A DNA stretch of 64,000 nt from an uncultured virus (IMG/VR IMGVR_UViG_3300030613_000009) (lineage: Duplodnaviria; Heunggongvirae; Uroviricota; Caudoviricetes): positions 1 to 64,000 of IMG/VR virus record IMGVR_UViG_3300030613_000009, one strand, 5' to 3'. Shown piece by piece: positions 1-7,682 of the stretch. Each line of letters begins with the position of its first letter. Within the stretch, counting starts at the first letter, position 1. The notes under the pieces were generated by a model that saw nothing but the letters and a program-made list of their open reading frames with translations, was not told where the DNA came from and searched no databases. The position numbers and the translations under genes are program-made.

Positions 1-19
1 TGTACAATGGAGACAAACA

Positions 20-220
20 ATGACTCGCTCAGAAGCAGAAGATGTATGTCTTGGAGTTATGGAAGAATATCTCCCCAGGTCGGTGGCCAAGAAGGACCGC
101 AAGGAAATGCTCCACGGCATGTTCTACGAACTCATGGACCTAGGAGCCCTTTCGCTCAGTGAAGATGTCGACGACGAGGACCCCATCGAGACCGAAGACC
201 TGACGTCGTTGATTCGGTGA
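20..220 (+). CDS. hypothetical protein, acidic C-terminus
   Basis: ORF with GGAG upstream; packs with downstream ORFs. Confidence 0.6.
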   Translation: MTRSEAEDVCLGVMEEYLPRSVAKKDRKEMLHGMFYELMDLGALSLSEDVDDEDPIETEDLTSLIR

Positions 221-224
221 CGCC

Positions 225-467
225 ATGACACGCACCATCAAATCTGTCCCAACTGGCACCGACAACGAATTCAAGTGGGAGGTCCGAATCGAAGGAGAGG
301 ACTGCCCAGCTCTCACCCTGGCCTCGTACCTTGCCATGCGCAGTCTGTTGCAGACCTGTTTGGGAACTCCCGGGATGATGTCGTGCGGAAACAACACTCC
401 GCAGTCTTTGAAGATGACCCATGACGGCGAAAAATGGGTCATCATGTTGGAAGCGGTGGGGCCATGA
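225..467 (+). CDS. hypothetical protein
   Basis: ORF; ATGA overlap with next gene. Confidence 0.6.
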   Translation: MTRTIKSVPTGTDNEFKWEVRIEGEDCPALTLASYLAMRSLLQTCLGTPGMMSCGNNTPQSLKMTHDGEKWVIMLEAVGP

Positions 468-793
468 GCACTCAAAAAGATATCGTCGATACCATCATGG
501 TACTACCTACCGTAGTCAAGGTGGATATCAAACACGCTATGACAACCCCGCACGGATGGCTCGAGATGGAAGTATACGGCGGCGGGTACGGAGACATATA
601 CAAAGCCCTGGGGAGTGTCGTTCCGGCAGGAGTGACAGTTGCGTGGATTCACCATTTCTGGGCAGACCGGGAGACTCGATACATATACCCAGTAGGCGCG
701 CCAGCTAAGCCGGTCGAACCCAAGAAGTGCCGATGCGACATTCGAGACTTGATGTCGGTCGGACATAACGCCGGTTGCCCAGAAAGGCACTAA
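464..793 (+). CDS. hypothetical protein with C-terminal CxC-H-C module
   Basis: ATG 464 overlaps upstream TGA; ends CRCDIRDLMSVGHNAGCPE. Confidence 0.65.
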   Translation: MSTQKDIVDTIMVLPTVVKVDIKHAMTTPHGWLEMEVYGGGYGDIYKALGSVVPAGVTVAWIHHFWADRETRYIYPVGAPAKPVEPKKCRCDIRDLMSVGHNAGCPERH

Positions 794-794
794 A

Positions 795-1172
795 ATGCAA
801 GAGACAGTCAATTTTCCGGAATCCCCAGACGTAGACACGACGTGGTGTTGGTGTGACCAATGCAACTCAAACGCATACCCAAGCAACACCTTCGAATTGC
901 CTGCAGCGTGGGCCGCCGCTCTGAATCTCCCCGCCAATTCAGCCATCTTGCGCGGTGTGTTCATGGGTCCGTTCGAAGAAGCCATTAAGGAGGGGTGGGA
1001 AGAGCGCGATTGGGGTTATATTTGCCCCGTATGCAAGAGAGAAGAGGCAGAGCGCGACGTGGGCGAAAATGAACTCTTGACGAAGGACCTGGCGCTCGAT
1101 ATGATGGACGCCAAAGAGGTACCGAATGAACCAGAGTCCCCGAATGAACCGGAGTCCCCGAAAGACCTATAA
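795..1172 (+). CDS. Zn-finger-like hypothetical protein
   Basis: CDQC and CPVC motifs; ends with PNEPES x2. Confidence 0.65.
   Translation: MQETVNFPESPDVDTTWCWCDQCNSNAYPSNTFELPAAWAAALNLPANSAILRGVFMGPFEEAIKEGWEERDWGYICPVCKREEAERDVGENELLTKDLALDMMDAKEVPNEPESPNEPESPKDL
1122..1162 (+). repeat. 18-bp tandem duplication
   Basis: ccgaatgaaccRgagtcc x2 plus partial third copy. Confidence 0.9.
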
Positions 1173-1280
1173 GCTCCCGGCTCGCTTTTTTGTGAACGGA
1201 CAAGAGGTGGTTCCGTGCGCAGAGTTTGAATTCGACATCAGCCCCCCAAAACCTCAAGACAGTCTTACCGGAGCGCCAAA

Positions 1281-1718
1281 ATGCCACAATGTAAGTGCGA
1301 TATTCGAGACTTGATGTCGGTCGGACACAACGCTGGGTGCCCAGAGTCCAAGGAGGGCCGCGCGAAAGACAAGGCCAAGACTTACAGTCCGGGTGTGATT
1401 ACGGTCAACGGCAAAGTCGTGGGAGCGGTGAAGGAAATCTCCTACCACCCGCACTTCCCCGACATCGACATCGGCATCTACGGCCGGACCATCAGCTCGA
1501 ACTCGGCGAGCTATCAGCCCGCCCCGCCCGATATGGATTTCGAGTGGCTTCCACCTCCCGATGTTAGTGGCCGCCGTGCCGCCATCTTCGATGAATGGTA
1601 CGGTCGGGCCATCGCGGAGCTATACAAGAGCTGCATGGTAAACCTGCCCGAACTCAAGGGAGCCAGTAAAGTGTATGTGATGCCCTCTCCTATCCGGATT
1701 TTGGACTATACGGTTTAG
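1281..1718 (+). CDS. hypothetical protein with N-terminal CxC-H-C module
   Basis: GGAG upstream of ATG; starts CKCDIRDLMSVGHNAGCPE. Confidence 0.65.
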   Translation: MPQCKCDIRDLMSVGHNAGCPESKEGRAKDKAKTYSPGVITVNGKVVGAVKEISYHPHFPDIDIGIYGRTISSNSASYQPAPPDMDFEWLPPPDVSGRRAAIFDEWYGRAIAELYKSCMVNLPELKGASKVYVMPSPIRILDYTV

Positions 1719-1720
1719 CC

Positions 1721-2995
1721 ATGCAACTGACCTCCGGCCAACAGCTCGCCCTGGATTCCATTCAAGGCCTTCAAAAGTCGCACCCCAATGGCGGTGGGGT
1801 GGGGGTAGTGGCCGGCTTCGCTGGCACGGGAAAATCCACCACTATATCCAATTTGGTCGACGAGCACGGGGACGATTTGTTGGTAGTCGCCCCGACCGGG
1901 AAAGCGTGCGTTCGGGTAAGAGAGATTTGCGACGCACGAACAAAGACAATCCACTCGTGGCTCTATGAAGTCAGCGAGGACGAAAAAACTGGCGCTCTTA
2001 ATTGGGGCCTCAAGCCAATCGCCAAGATGGAGCGACCGAGGTGCGGGTTTCTTTTGGTCGATGAAGCCTCCATGGTTACGCACTCTGTTTTTGGCGACCT
2101 CTACGGCCGCTGTAAGGCACTCAACCTCAATCTCGTTTTGGTGGGGGATGGATTCCAACTTCCCCCAGTCGAGACCGACCCCAAGCGGGCAGGTTTTTCT
2201 GTCTTCTCTCCAGACATGCCGGCCGCTTTCAAGTTGCAGCTCACAGAAATCCACCGCCAAGCCCTAGACTCACCCATCATCCGGGCCTCGATGGCGCTTA
2301 GACAAGGCCAATTCGCCGGAGACGCCTTAGCGGACCTTCCTCTGGTCCTTGAATCCAAACTACAAGAAGAGGCTCGCCATACCTTCGAGTCTGAAGGTGT
2401 GGTTATAGTCCACCGTAACGTAACGCGTCACGCACTCAACAACGGCATTCGCTCGGACATGGGCAAAGGGGAGGCCCAGCTAGAAAAGGGCGAGCCTTTG
2501 CTGGTCACCCAGAATAACTACCAGCTCGAGACCTTCAACGGGGAAACGGTAACGTCTTTGACGACTCCCCTTCCCATCAATACCTCACCCGTTGCCGTCC
2601 ATGATGCGCATACGACCTCGAGCGCCTTCGTCAACTTCCTTCAGGTGCAGGTGGATACGCCCTTAAAGGGCCGCCAGGTCGCCTGTGTGGCCGATAGGGA
2701 GGTCTTCGGCACTCTTGGGACCGTGGGTGCCTTCGCCGTCAAGCGAGCGGCTCAGAGGTTGCTGCTGGACGAATACGGCCACACCGACGACGGCGAGGTC
2801 GGTGGGCCTCCATACTTGCAAGCCAATGTAGGGTACGTACTTACATGTCATAAGTCACAGGGGTCAGAATGGCCCCATGGCATCGTTGTCATAGAGCCGA
2901 GCTTGCGTTTGGGAACCAACGATGGTAGAAGATGGGGGTACACAGCGATTTCTCGCTTTAAGAAGCAAGTCAAAATTTGTTGGAGGACATCATGA
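1721..2995 (+). CDS. SF1B DNA helicase, Dda/RecD-like
   Basis: Walker A GFAGTGKS, APTGKA, VDEASM, GDGFQLPPV, LTEIHRQ, TCHKSQGSEW, YTAISR. Confidence 0.92.
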   Translation: MQLTSGQQLALDSIQGLQKSHPNGGGVGVVAGFAGTGKSTTISNLVDEHGDDLLVVAPTGKACVRVREICDARTKTIHSWLYEVSEDEKTGALNWGLKPIAKMERPRCGFLLVDEASMVTHSVFGDLYGRCKALNLNLVLVGDGFQLPPVETDPKRAGFSVFSPDMPAAFKLQLTEIHRQALDSPIIRASMALRQGQFAGDALADLPLVLESKLQEEARHTFESEGVVIVHRNVTRHALNNGIRSDMGKGEAQLEKGEPLLVTQNNYQLETFNGETVTSLTTPLPINTSPVAVHDAHTTSSAFVNFLQVQVDTPLKGRQVACVADREVFGTLGTVGAFAVKRAAQRLLLDEYGHTDDGEVGGPPYLQANVGYVLTCHKSQGSEWPHGIVVIEPSLRLGTNDGRRWGYTAISRFKKQVKICWRTS

Positions 2996-3174
2996 GTGAC
3001 ATTGCAGACGACGCCGATTTCCAGATTCAGCAGCAAGGCCTGGCCTCATACAAGACGTCAGACGGCGAAGTCTTCGTCTTTACGACCGAAACGCTCGAGG
3101 TCCTTCTTGCCAAATCCATCGAGAGCGGAGTCGGCAAGGTCCTGGTGGTGATGAAGTCACGTCCTTCGGCTTAA
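2992..3174 (+). CDS. hypothetical protein
   Basis: GGAGG RBS; ATGA overlap. Confidence 0.6.
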   Translation: MSDIADDADFQIQQQGLASYKTSDGEVFVFTTETLEVLLAKSIESGVGKVLVVMKSRPSA

Positions 3175-3181
3175 GGAACCT

Positions 3182-3499
3182 ATGAACTTTCAAATGATTA
3201 GAAGCGCTCTGCTGTACACGCGCGCATGGCTCATTCAGAACCGTGTCCCGCCAATCGCCATTCCGCCCTGGCGCAGACCCGGCGAAGAGGTCCACCCTGA
3301 GCCCAACGAGACGTTCTTGCCGTGCCCCTCTGATTACGAATACCTCTATTGGGAGGAAGCCGAAAGGGCCCTGTGTACTCAAGGGGTGGGGCCGTTTGCT
3401 GTAGCGCTGTGCAGGGCCATGGCGGGGCGGGGCGGTGACTACTTCTTGTCGCAGGTACGTGGAATGCCTCGTGGGCCGATTCCAAGGCCGAACTCATGA
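3182..3499 (+). CDS. hypothetical protein
   Basis: AAGGA RBS; ATGA overlap with next gene. Confidence 0.55.
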   Translation: MNFQMIRSALLYTRAWLIQNRVPPIAIPPWRRPGEEVHPEPNETFLPCPSDYEYLYWEEAERALCTQGVGPFAVALCRAMAGRGGDYFLSQVRGMPRGPIPRPNS

Positions 3500-3813
3500 A
3501 TGCCCTGCAAGGTCACACCGAGATTTCGCTGACAGAACGACTACTATTGCAGACGGAATTGGTCCCTAAAACTGGGTGCCTAGTGCCAACGAAGGTGCCG
3601 TACCGCCCCGGCGGGTCGTGTCAAATAAAAGTGAACGGCCGCCTTTATACGATGCGCCATGTCTCGTTCGCATTGGCGGGCGGTATACCTGACATCGGAC
3701 AGGTAGTCGGTAGCGTGTGCAGCACTCCGGGATGCGTATGTCCGTCCCACCTCAAGGCTATGACCCGCTCCGAAGCGATGCTGGGTGCGCTTAAGCGCAG
3801 AGCAAGGACTTGA
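3496..3813 (+). CDS. degenerate HNH-type endonuclease-like protein
   Basis: TGCL...CSTPGCVCPSHLKAMT resembles HxCxNxxCVNPxHL with His/Asn positions altered. Confidence 0.55.
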   Translation: MNALQGHTEISLTERLLLQTELVPKTGCLVPTKVPYRPGGSCQIKVNGRLYTMRHVSFALAGGIPDIGQVVGSVCSTPGCVCPSHLKAMTRSEAMLGALKRRART

Positions 3814-3844
3814 CTTCGCCGGTAGGTTCGCGTATACATAATTC
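3810..3844 (+). promoter_or_regulatory. sigma70-like promoter, leaderless (representative of a class; see findings)
   Basis: TTGACT-N17-TATACA-N6-ATG; TTGA contains the upstream stop codon. Confidence 0.75.
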
Positions 3845-4321
3845 ATGGCTACCGAAACCGCCCCCGCCGAAGTCCTCGCCACCTTCCGCATCCCCGACGC
3901 CAACCTCTCCAAGCTCACCGAGAAGATTGCCAAAATGTCCCGGAAGGCTGAGAGGCTGGTCGGCCAGCCAATCGTGCTGACGGTCATCGCGACCGAAGAT
4001 GTCGAGCGCATCGCCCGGAACCCCTACGGCAAGGTCATGTTGGACTCCAACGGCAAGCCCGAAGGAACCGGCGTCTTCGACCGCTACCACACCGTGACCG
4101 TGTCTGGCCCTCGCCCCCGCCTCAATGGCTGGGAGTTCGTCGCCGCCATGGACGTTGTGACCCTTGACGACGGTCAGAGGTCGGTCATGGTCCGAACCGC
4201 CCCCGGCAGGTCCATCCCGGCTGAAATCCGCAACCACACCGAGGAATGCCAGCACTGCAACACGAAGAGGAATCGCAAGACGCTGTACGTGGTTGAGAAG
4301 GCCGTTGACGGCACCCTTTAG
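3845..4321 (+). CDS. N-terminal part of apparent split Zn-finger/OB-fold phage protein
   Basis: GWEFVA and CQHCNTKRNRKTLYVV motifs; stops just after the CxxC hairpin. Confidence 0.7.
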   Translation: MATETAPAEVLATFRIPDANLSKLTEKIAKMSRKAERLVGQPIVLTVIATEDVERIARNPYGKVMLDSNGKPEGTGVFDRYHTVTVSGPRPRLNGWEFVAAMDVVTLDDGQRSVMVRTAPGRSIPAEIRNHTEECQHCNTKRNRKTLYVVEKAVDGTL

Positions 4322-4339
4322 TCCTGGTACACCAACCCC

Positions 4340-4630
4340 ATGAACACAATCACTCCCGAAATTGTGGCGCTGTTCGCGGATTATTCCCTCCTCGCCAACT
4401 TGGAAGATGGAGCTTGGGTGAAGGGCGTCGCCTATGACACCCTAGAGCGCGAGGCGTGCCGGGCTGCAGGGGCCAGGTCTGACTCTGCCTACAGCAAGTT
4501 CCATGGGGCTTGTGCCGACGCCGGGCTCGACCACGAGCAAGTCTACGCCTGGCTGAAGTGCTGCGAGGGCGTGCCGGCCGTTTCGCTCCCGAACGGAACG
4601 CAGATTGAGTGGCCGTACTATTCGGTTTGA
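4340..4630 (+). CDS. hypothetical protein in intervening cassette
   Basis: own promoter TTGACG(4305)-N17-TACACC-N6-ATG. Confidence 0.7.
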   Translation: MNTITPEIVALFADYSLLANLEDGAWVKGVAYDTLEREACRAAGARSDSAYSKFHGACADAGLDHEQVYAWLKCCEGVPAVSLPNGTQIEWPYYSV

Positions 4631-4670
4631 GGCGCTTGACACCAAAGTTCGACTCGCGTATATATAAACC

Positions 4671-5597
4671 ATGAACGCAACGGAAAGCTTCAAGGTGGTC
4701 GGCTCGTCGTGCCTCTCAAGCTTCACGGGGACCCAGACCGCCGAAAACGTCGCCGCCTACTTCGAAATCCTCGCCCAGATTTCCACCCTTTCCGACTCTG
4801 ACGACGAAGGAATGGGTGGGGGCCGGGCCGACCACTTCGGAGTCGACCACTTCCTCGGCTTTGTCGCCGCCGATATCCGGGTGAGTGGCTGGCTCTCCCG
4901 CAAGGCCGCACGGAATCTGAACCGCGACGGCGCCGCCACTGCCGACCAGGCCTGGCTCACCATGGAGGCCGTCGCTCAGGGCAAGGGCATCTTGCCCGAA
5001 CTCAAGCCCACCCACGCCGACACCGAGCGAGCCCAGAAGGCCATCGAGTACATCCAGGTCCACATCGACTCCGAACTCGATAAGGGCGAAGTCAACGACT
5101 ACCTCCACAACATCCAAGTCATTACCCGCATGAGCGCCCTCGCTTGGAAGGCCTCTGGCATCGCGGCCAGCATCATCCCGACCGCCGAACGGCTGATGGG
5201 CCAGGAAGTCGAGCGCCGCAAGTTCACGAATCTCAAGGAGACCTCCAAGTTCTTCGGCACGGTTGGTGAGAAGGCCACCTTCCAGGCCAGCATTCTCTCC
5301 TTGAAGGAGCTTGAGTCGCAGTGGGGCCTTACCACCCTGGTCAAGTTCGTGACGACCGAGGGCAACGTGGGGGTTTGGTTCGCTTCGGGTTCGGTCTCGG
5401 ACGAGTGGGACACCGACGAAGTCGTGATTCTCCGGGGCACGGTCAAGAAGCACGAAGACCGCCAGGGCCTGAAGCAGACCAACCTCACCCGGATGTCGAT
5501 GATGACCCAGACCCAGCTCGACGAAGAAGCCGCCAAGGCGGAAAAGAAGGCCGAGCGAGCCGCGAAGAAGGCCCTGAAGGCGGCAACCGCCGCTTGA
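4671..5597 (+). CDS. C-terminal part of apparent split protein; OB-fold-like C-terminus
   Basis: begins KVVGSSCLSSF; ends FGTVGEK...VWFAS...GTVKKH...QTNLTR; own promoter at 4636. Confidence 0.75.
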   Translation: MNATESFKVVGSSCLSSFTGTQTAENVAAYFEILAQISTLSDSDDEGMGGGRADHFGVDHFLGFVAADIRVSGWLSRKAARNLNRDGAATADQAWLTMEAVAQGKGILPELKPTHADTERAQKAIEYIQVHIDSELDKGEVNDYLHNIQVITRMSALAWKASGIAASIIPTAERLMGQEVERRKFTNLKETSKFFGTVGEKATFQASILSLKELESQWGLTTLVKFVTTEGNVGVWFASGSVSDEWDTDEVVILRGTVKKHEDRQGLKQTNLTRMSMMTQTQLDEEAAKAEKKAERAAKKALKAATAA

Positions 5598-5629
5598 CAC
5601 TCGGCGGGGAAGGTGGCATAAGTAAATCC

Positions 5630-5758
5630 ATGAATCGCCGAATCTTCAGCCCCACCGGAGTTCTGATGGGCAACACCAAGGACTACATCGTGGTGTTGCA
5701 ACCCCCGAAGGATTCCAAGCCAGCATTCCCCATCTATATCAAGGACGCAAAGACATGA
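5630..5758 (+). CDS. small hypothetical protein
   Basis: ATG 36 nt after TTGACA(5594); ATGA overlap with next gene. Confidence 0.5.
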   Translation: MNRRIFSPTGVLMGNTKDYIVVLQPPKDSKPAFPIYIKDAKT

Positions 5759-6036
5759 AACTTGTTTGGATTGTAGATACGACCAGCGTTCCGAGATTGC
5801 GACAGGTCAAAGAGGACACGCTGGCGCCAGGCCCTTACGCACCTCCCGGAATGGTGGTGTGGACTCCGAGGAAAAACTCTAAGCGATGGCATTACGTCTA
5901 CAGCGCCGACTCGTACGAAGAAGCTGCAATGAAGTACAACGCCATCTATGAGAAGCAGCTGCTCGAAGAAGAAGAAAACAACGCAAGGCGAGTATGCAAT
6001 ATCCGAAGCAGGATGGTGCCATGCCCCAGCAAATGA
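5755..6036 (+). CDS. hypothetical protein
   Basis: AAGGA RBS; operon packing. Confidence 0.6.
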   Translation: MKLVWIVDTTSVPRLRQVKEDTLAPGPYAPPGMVVWTPRKNSKRWHYVYSADSYEEAAMKYNAIYEKQLLEEEENNARRVCNIRSRMVPCPSK

Positions 6037-6275
6037 AGTGGTGGTTGATTGCCAAATTCGGTCACTGCGATTCGCAGCTGGCTGCCGTTAGCGACCACAA
6101 GTCGGACTGCGTCAGAGAGCTTCTGCGGCTGGGTCGCCCCAAGGGGTTCGAAATCGTCGAAATGCCTGCAGGAGACGAAGAAGGGATTCCGATTGGGTAC
6201 AATCCGATTTTTAACGTCCCGCCACCAGAGGTCGGTTACGACCTGGGGGTTGACGCAGGGCCCAAAACGCAGTAG
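6033..6275 (+). CDS. hypothetical protein
   Basis: ATGA overlap at 6033 (MKWWLIAK). Confidence 0.5.
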   Translation: MKWWLIAKFGHCDSQLAAVSDHKSDCVRELLRLGRPKGFEIVEMPAGDEEGIPIGYNPIFNVPPPEVGYDLGVDAGPKTQ

Positions 6276-6308
6276 ACTTTTCCCATACAAACCAAGGAGC
6301 AACGAATC

Positions 6309-6728
6309 ATGGAACTGACGTCAACAAGCGGCCACGTTTTTACCCTCGAGAGCATCGAGAATCATCTAGCAAAGTGCGAGCACATCTTCCCGTCCGAGAT
6401 TTGGGCCCTTGTCGCCAAGATTCGGGAACTCGACGCCAAGCTGTCAGCGAGCGAAACCGCCTCCGACTTGGACCCACAGCCCGAAACGCCCGAATACCAG
6501 CTCGAAATCATCGATGGCATGGCGGACTGGATTGCGGAGCGACTCCCCCAAAAGGAGCCCATGCTGGCTGGTCCAGACGCCGACCGCATGCACGAGATTT
6601 ATGTCACCTCAATCAACGAGCCCGTTAATTGTGGGACCGGTGTCTCGACCGAGCACTTCTACGTCGTCCCAGCCGAAGAAGGCCTTGAGTCCTTCCAGGT
6701 CGAGGTTGAGTTCAAGGTCGTGAAGTAA
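6309..6728 (+). CDS. hypothetical acidic protein
   Basis: AAGGAG RBS. Confidence 0.7.
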   Translation: MELTSTSGHVFTLESIENHLAKCEHIFPSEIWALVAKIRELDAKLSASETASDLDPQPETPEYQLEIIDGMADWIAERLPQKEPMLAGPDADRMHEIYVTSINEPVNCGTGVSTEHFYVVPAEEGLESFQVEVEFKVVK

Positions 6729-7079
6729 TCAGGCTAAACCTAGGTCATTAGAATTGTTGATGACTTGGCTGGGAAGCGAAATCACGCCACCGATATATGC
6801 GGTGGCGTTGAAGTAGGTATAGTTGCCGGACGTCAGACCTAGCGGTAACTGATTGATGATGTTTCCGCGAGGGTCAGTTACACGCTGTACCTTGATTGTC
6901 CCGCCAGCGCCCGTGGTCAGAATGCGCATAATTTTGACGGTTTCGCCCGTTTGGCCGGCAAGGTACAGGTACCCATACGCCCGCTCATAGAGCCCAGCCG
7001 TGTTGGTAACTGTGATGGTGCCGTCAGCTGCAACCGCGCTGATGGTTTGCGAGACGTCATTTATGATTCGACCGGCCAT
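6729..7079 (-). CDS. late, probably structural, protein
   Basis: TAATCT (7099-7104) and AAGGTG upstream; Gly/Thr-rich. Confidence 0.7.
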   Translation of the reverse strand: MAGRIINDVSQTISAVAADGTITVTNTAGLYERAYGYLYLAGQTGETVKIMRILTTGAGGTIKVQRVTDPRGNIINQLPLGLTSGNYTYFNATAYIGGVISLPSQVINNSNDLGLA

Positions 7080-7198
7080 GAGTTCACCTTGATGAAAAAG
7101 ATTACTGGCGCAGCGTTACACCAGCTGAGGACGCGAGCGATGTGGGGCGCGCGTTTGTAGGGAATTGTAGACTGCCATAGTAGTCATTGTACCGCAAG

Positions 7199-7669
7199 TC
7201 AACCGTTCAAGTCCAGGTATTTAAACACTTCCGGGAGCTTGCCCTTGCTGTATGCGGCTTGAAGGAATCCAAGCTTGACGGGTAGCTGGACGTGAGGAAG
7301 GTCTACAAACGAGGCCCAAGTCCCACCCCATTCGAGGCCGAGCTTCTTGGCCTCTTCGCCCAGGACTGTGTAATCTTTATCGCCCCACACAGCCTTGCCG
7401 TCGACCATGCGCGCAAAATCTGCGGCACATGCGAAGTTATGCATGCTTTGCGTGCCCTTCGCTTTGGTGACGATATTGCCCATAGGCTTGCTGGGGCTCG
7501 CCCCGTCTGGGTTCTTGACGGTTCGCCCGAGGGAGTATAGGTGAGCTTGTTCTGCTACGGTGCGAAGGCCCGAAGTGACTTTGTATTCACAACCACGAGC
7601 CCTGCAATTGACCACGAGTTGGTCAATCTTGGCTCGAAACTGTGGGTAGAGTGTGGTTAGGTCGACCAT
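7199..7669 (-). CDS. endolysin, peptidase M15 (L-Ala-D-Glu peptidase type)
   Basis: GLRT..EQ..LY..GRT, SMHNF.CAADF, GLEWGG.W..FVDLPHVQ; start refined to ATG 7 nt after TAATCT. Confidence 0.9.
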   Translation of the reverse strand: MVDLTTLYPQFRAKIDQLVVNCRARGCEYKVTSGLRTVAEQAHLYSLGRTVKNPDGASPSKPMGNIVTKAKGTQSMHNFACAADFARMVDGKAVWGDKDYTVLGEEAKKLGLEWGGTWASFVDLPHVQLPVKLGFLQAAYSKGKLPEVFKYLDLNG

Positions 7670-7676
7670 GGTGGGT

Positions 7677-7682
7677 AGATTA
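7677..7682 (-). promoter_or_regulatory. putative late promoter TAATCT (representative of about 19 sites)
   Basis: hexamer recurs just upstream of most minus-strand virion genes. Confidence 0.8.

Larger units (their letters stand above)
728..1346 (+). repeat. dispersed 57-bp duplication (728-784 and 1290-1346)
   Basis: both copies encode C(R/K)CDIRDLMSVGHNAGCPE. Confidence 0.9.

Noticed and set aside
1126..1314. Programmed frameshift joining 1126-1314 to 1281-1718
   Set aside because: No clear slippery heptamer, and 1281 has its own GGAG and ATG
4319..4340. TAG readthrough or genetic-code reassignment, since 3845-4321 and 4340-4630 are in frame
   Set aside because: One-in-three coincidence; the second ORF has its own promoter layout, and recognisable genes elsewhere are intact under the standard code
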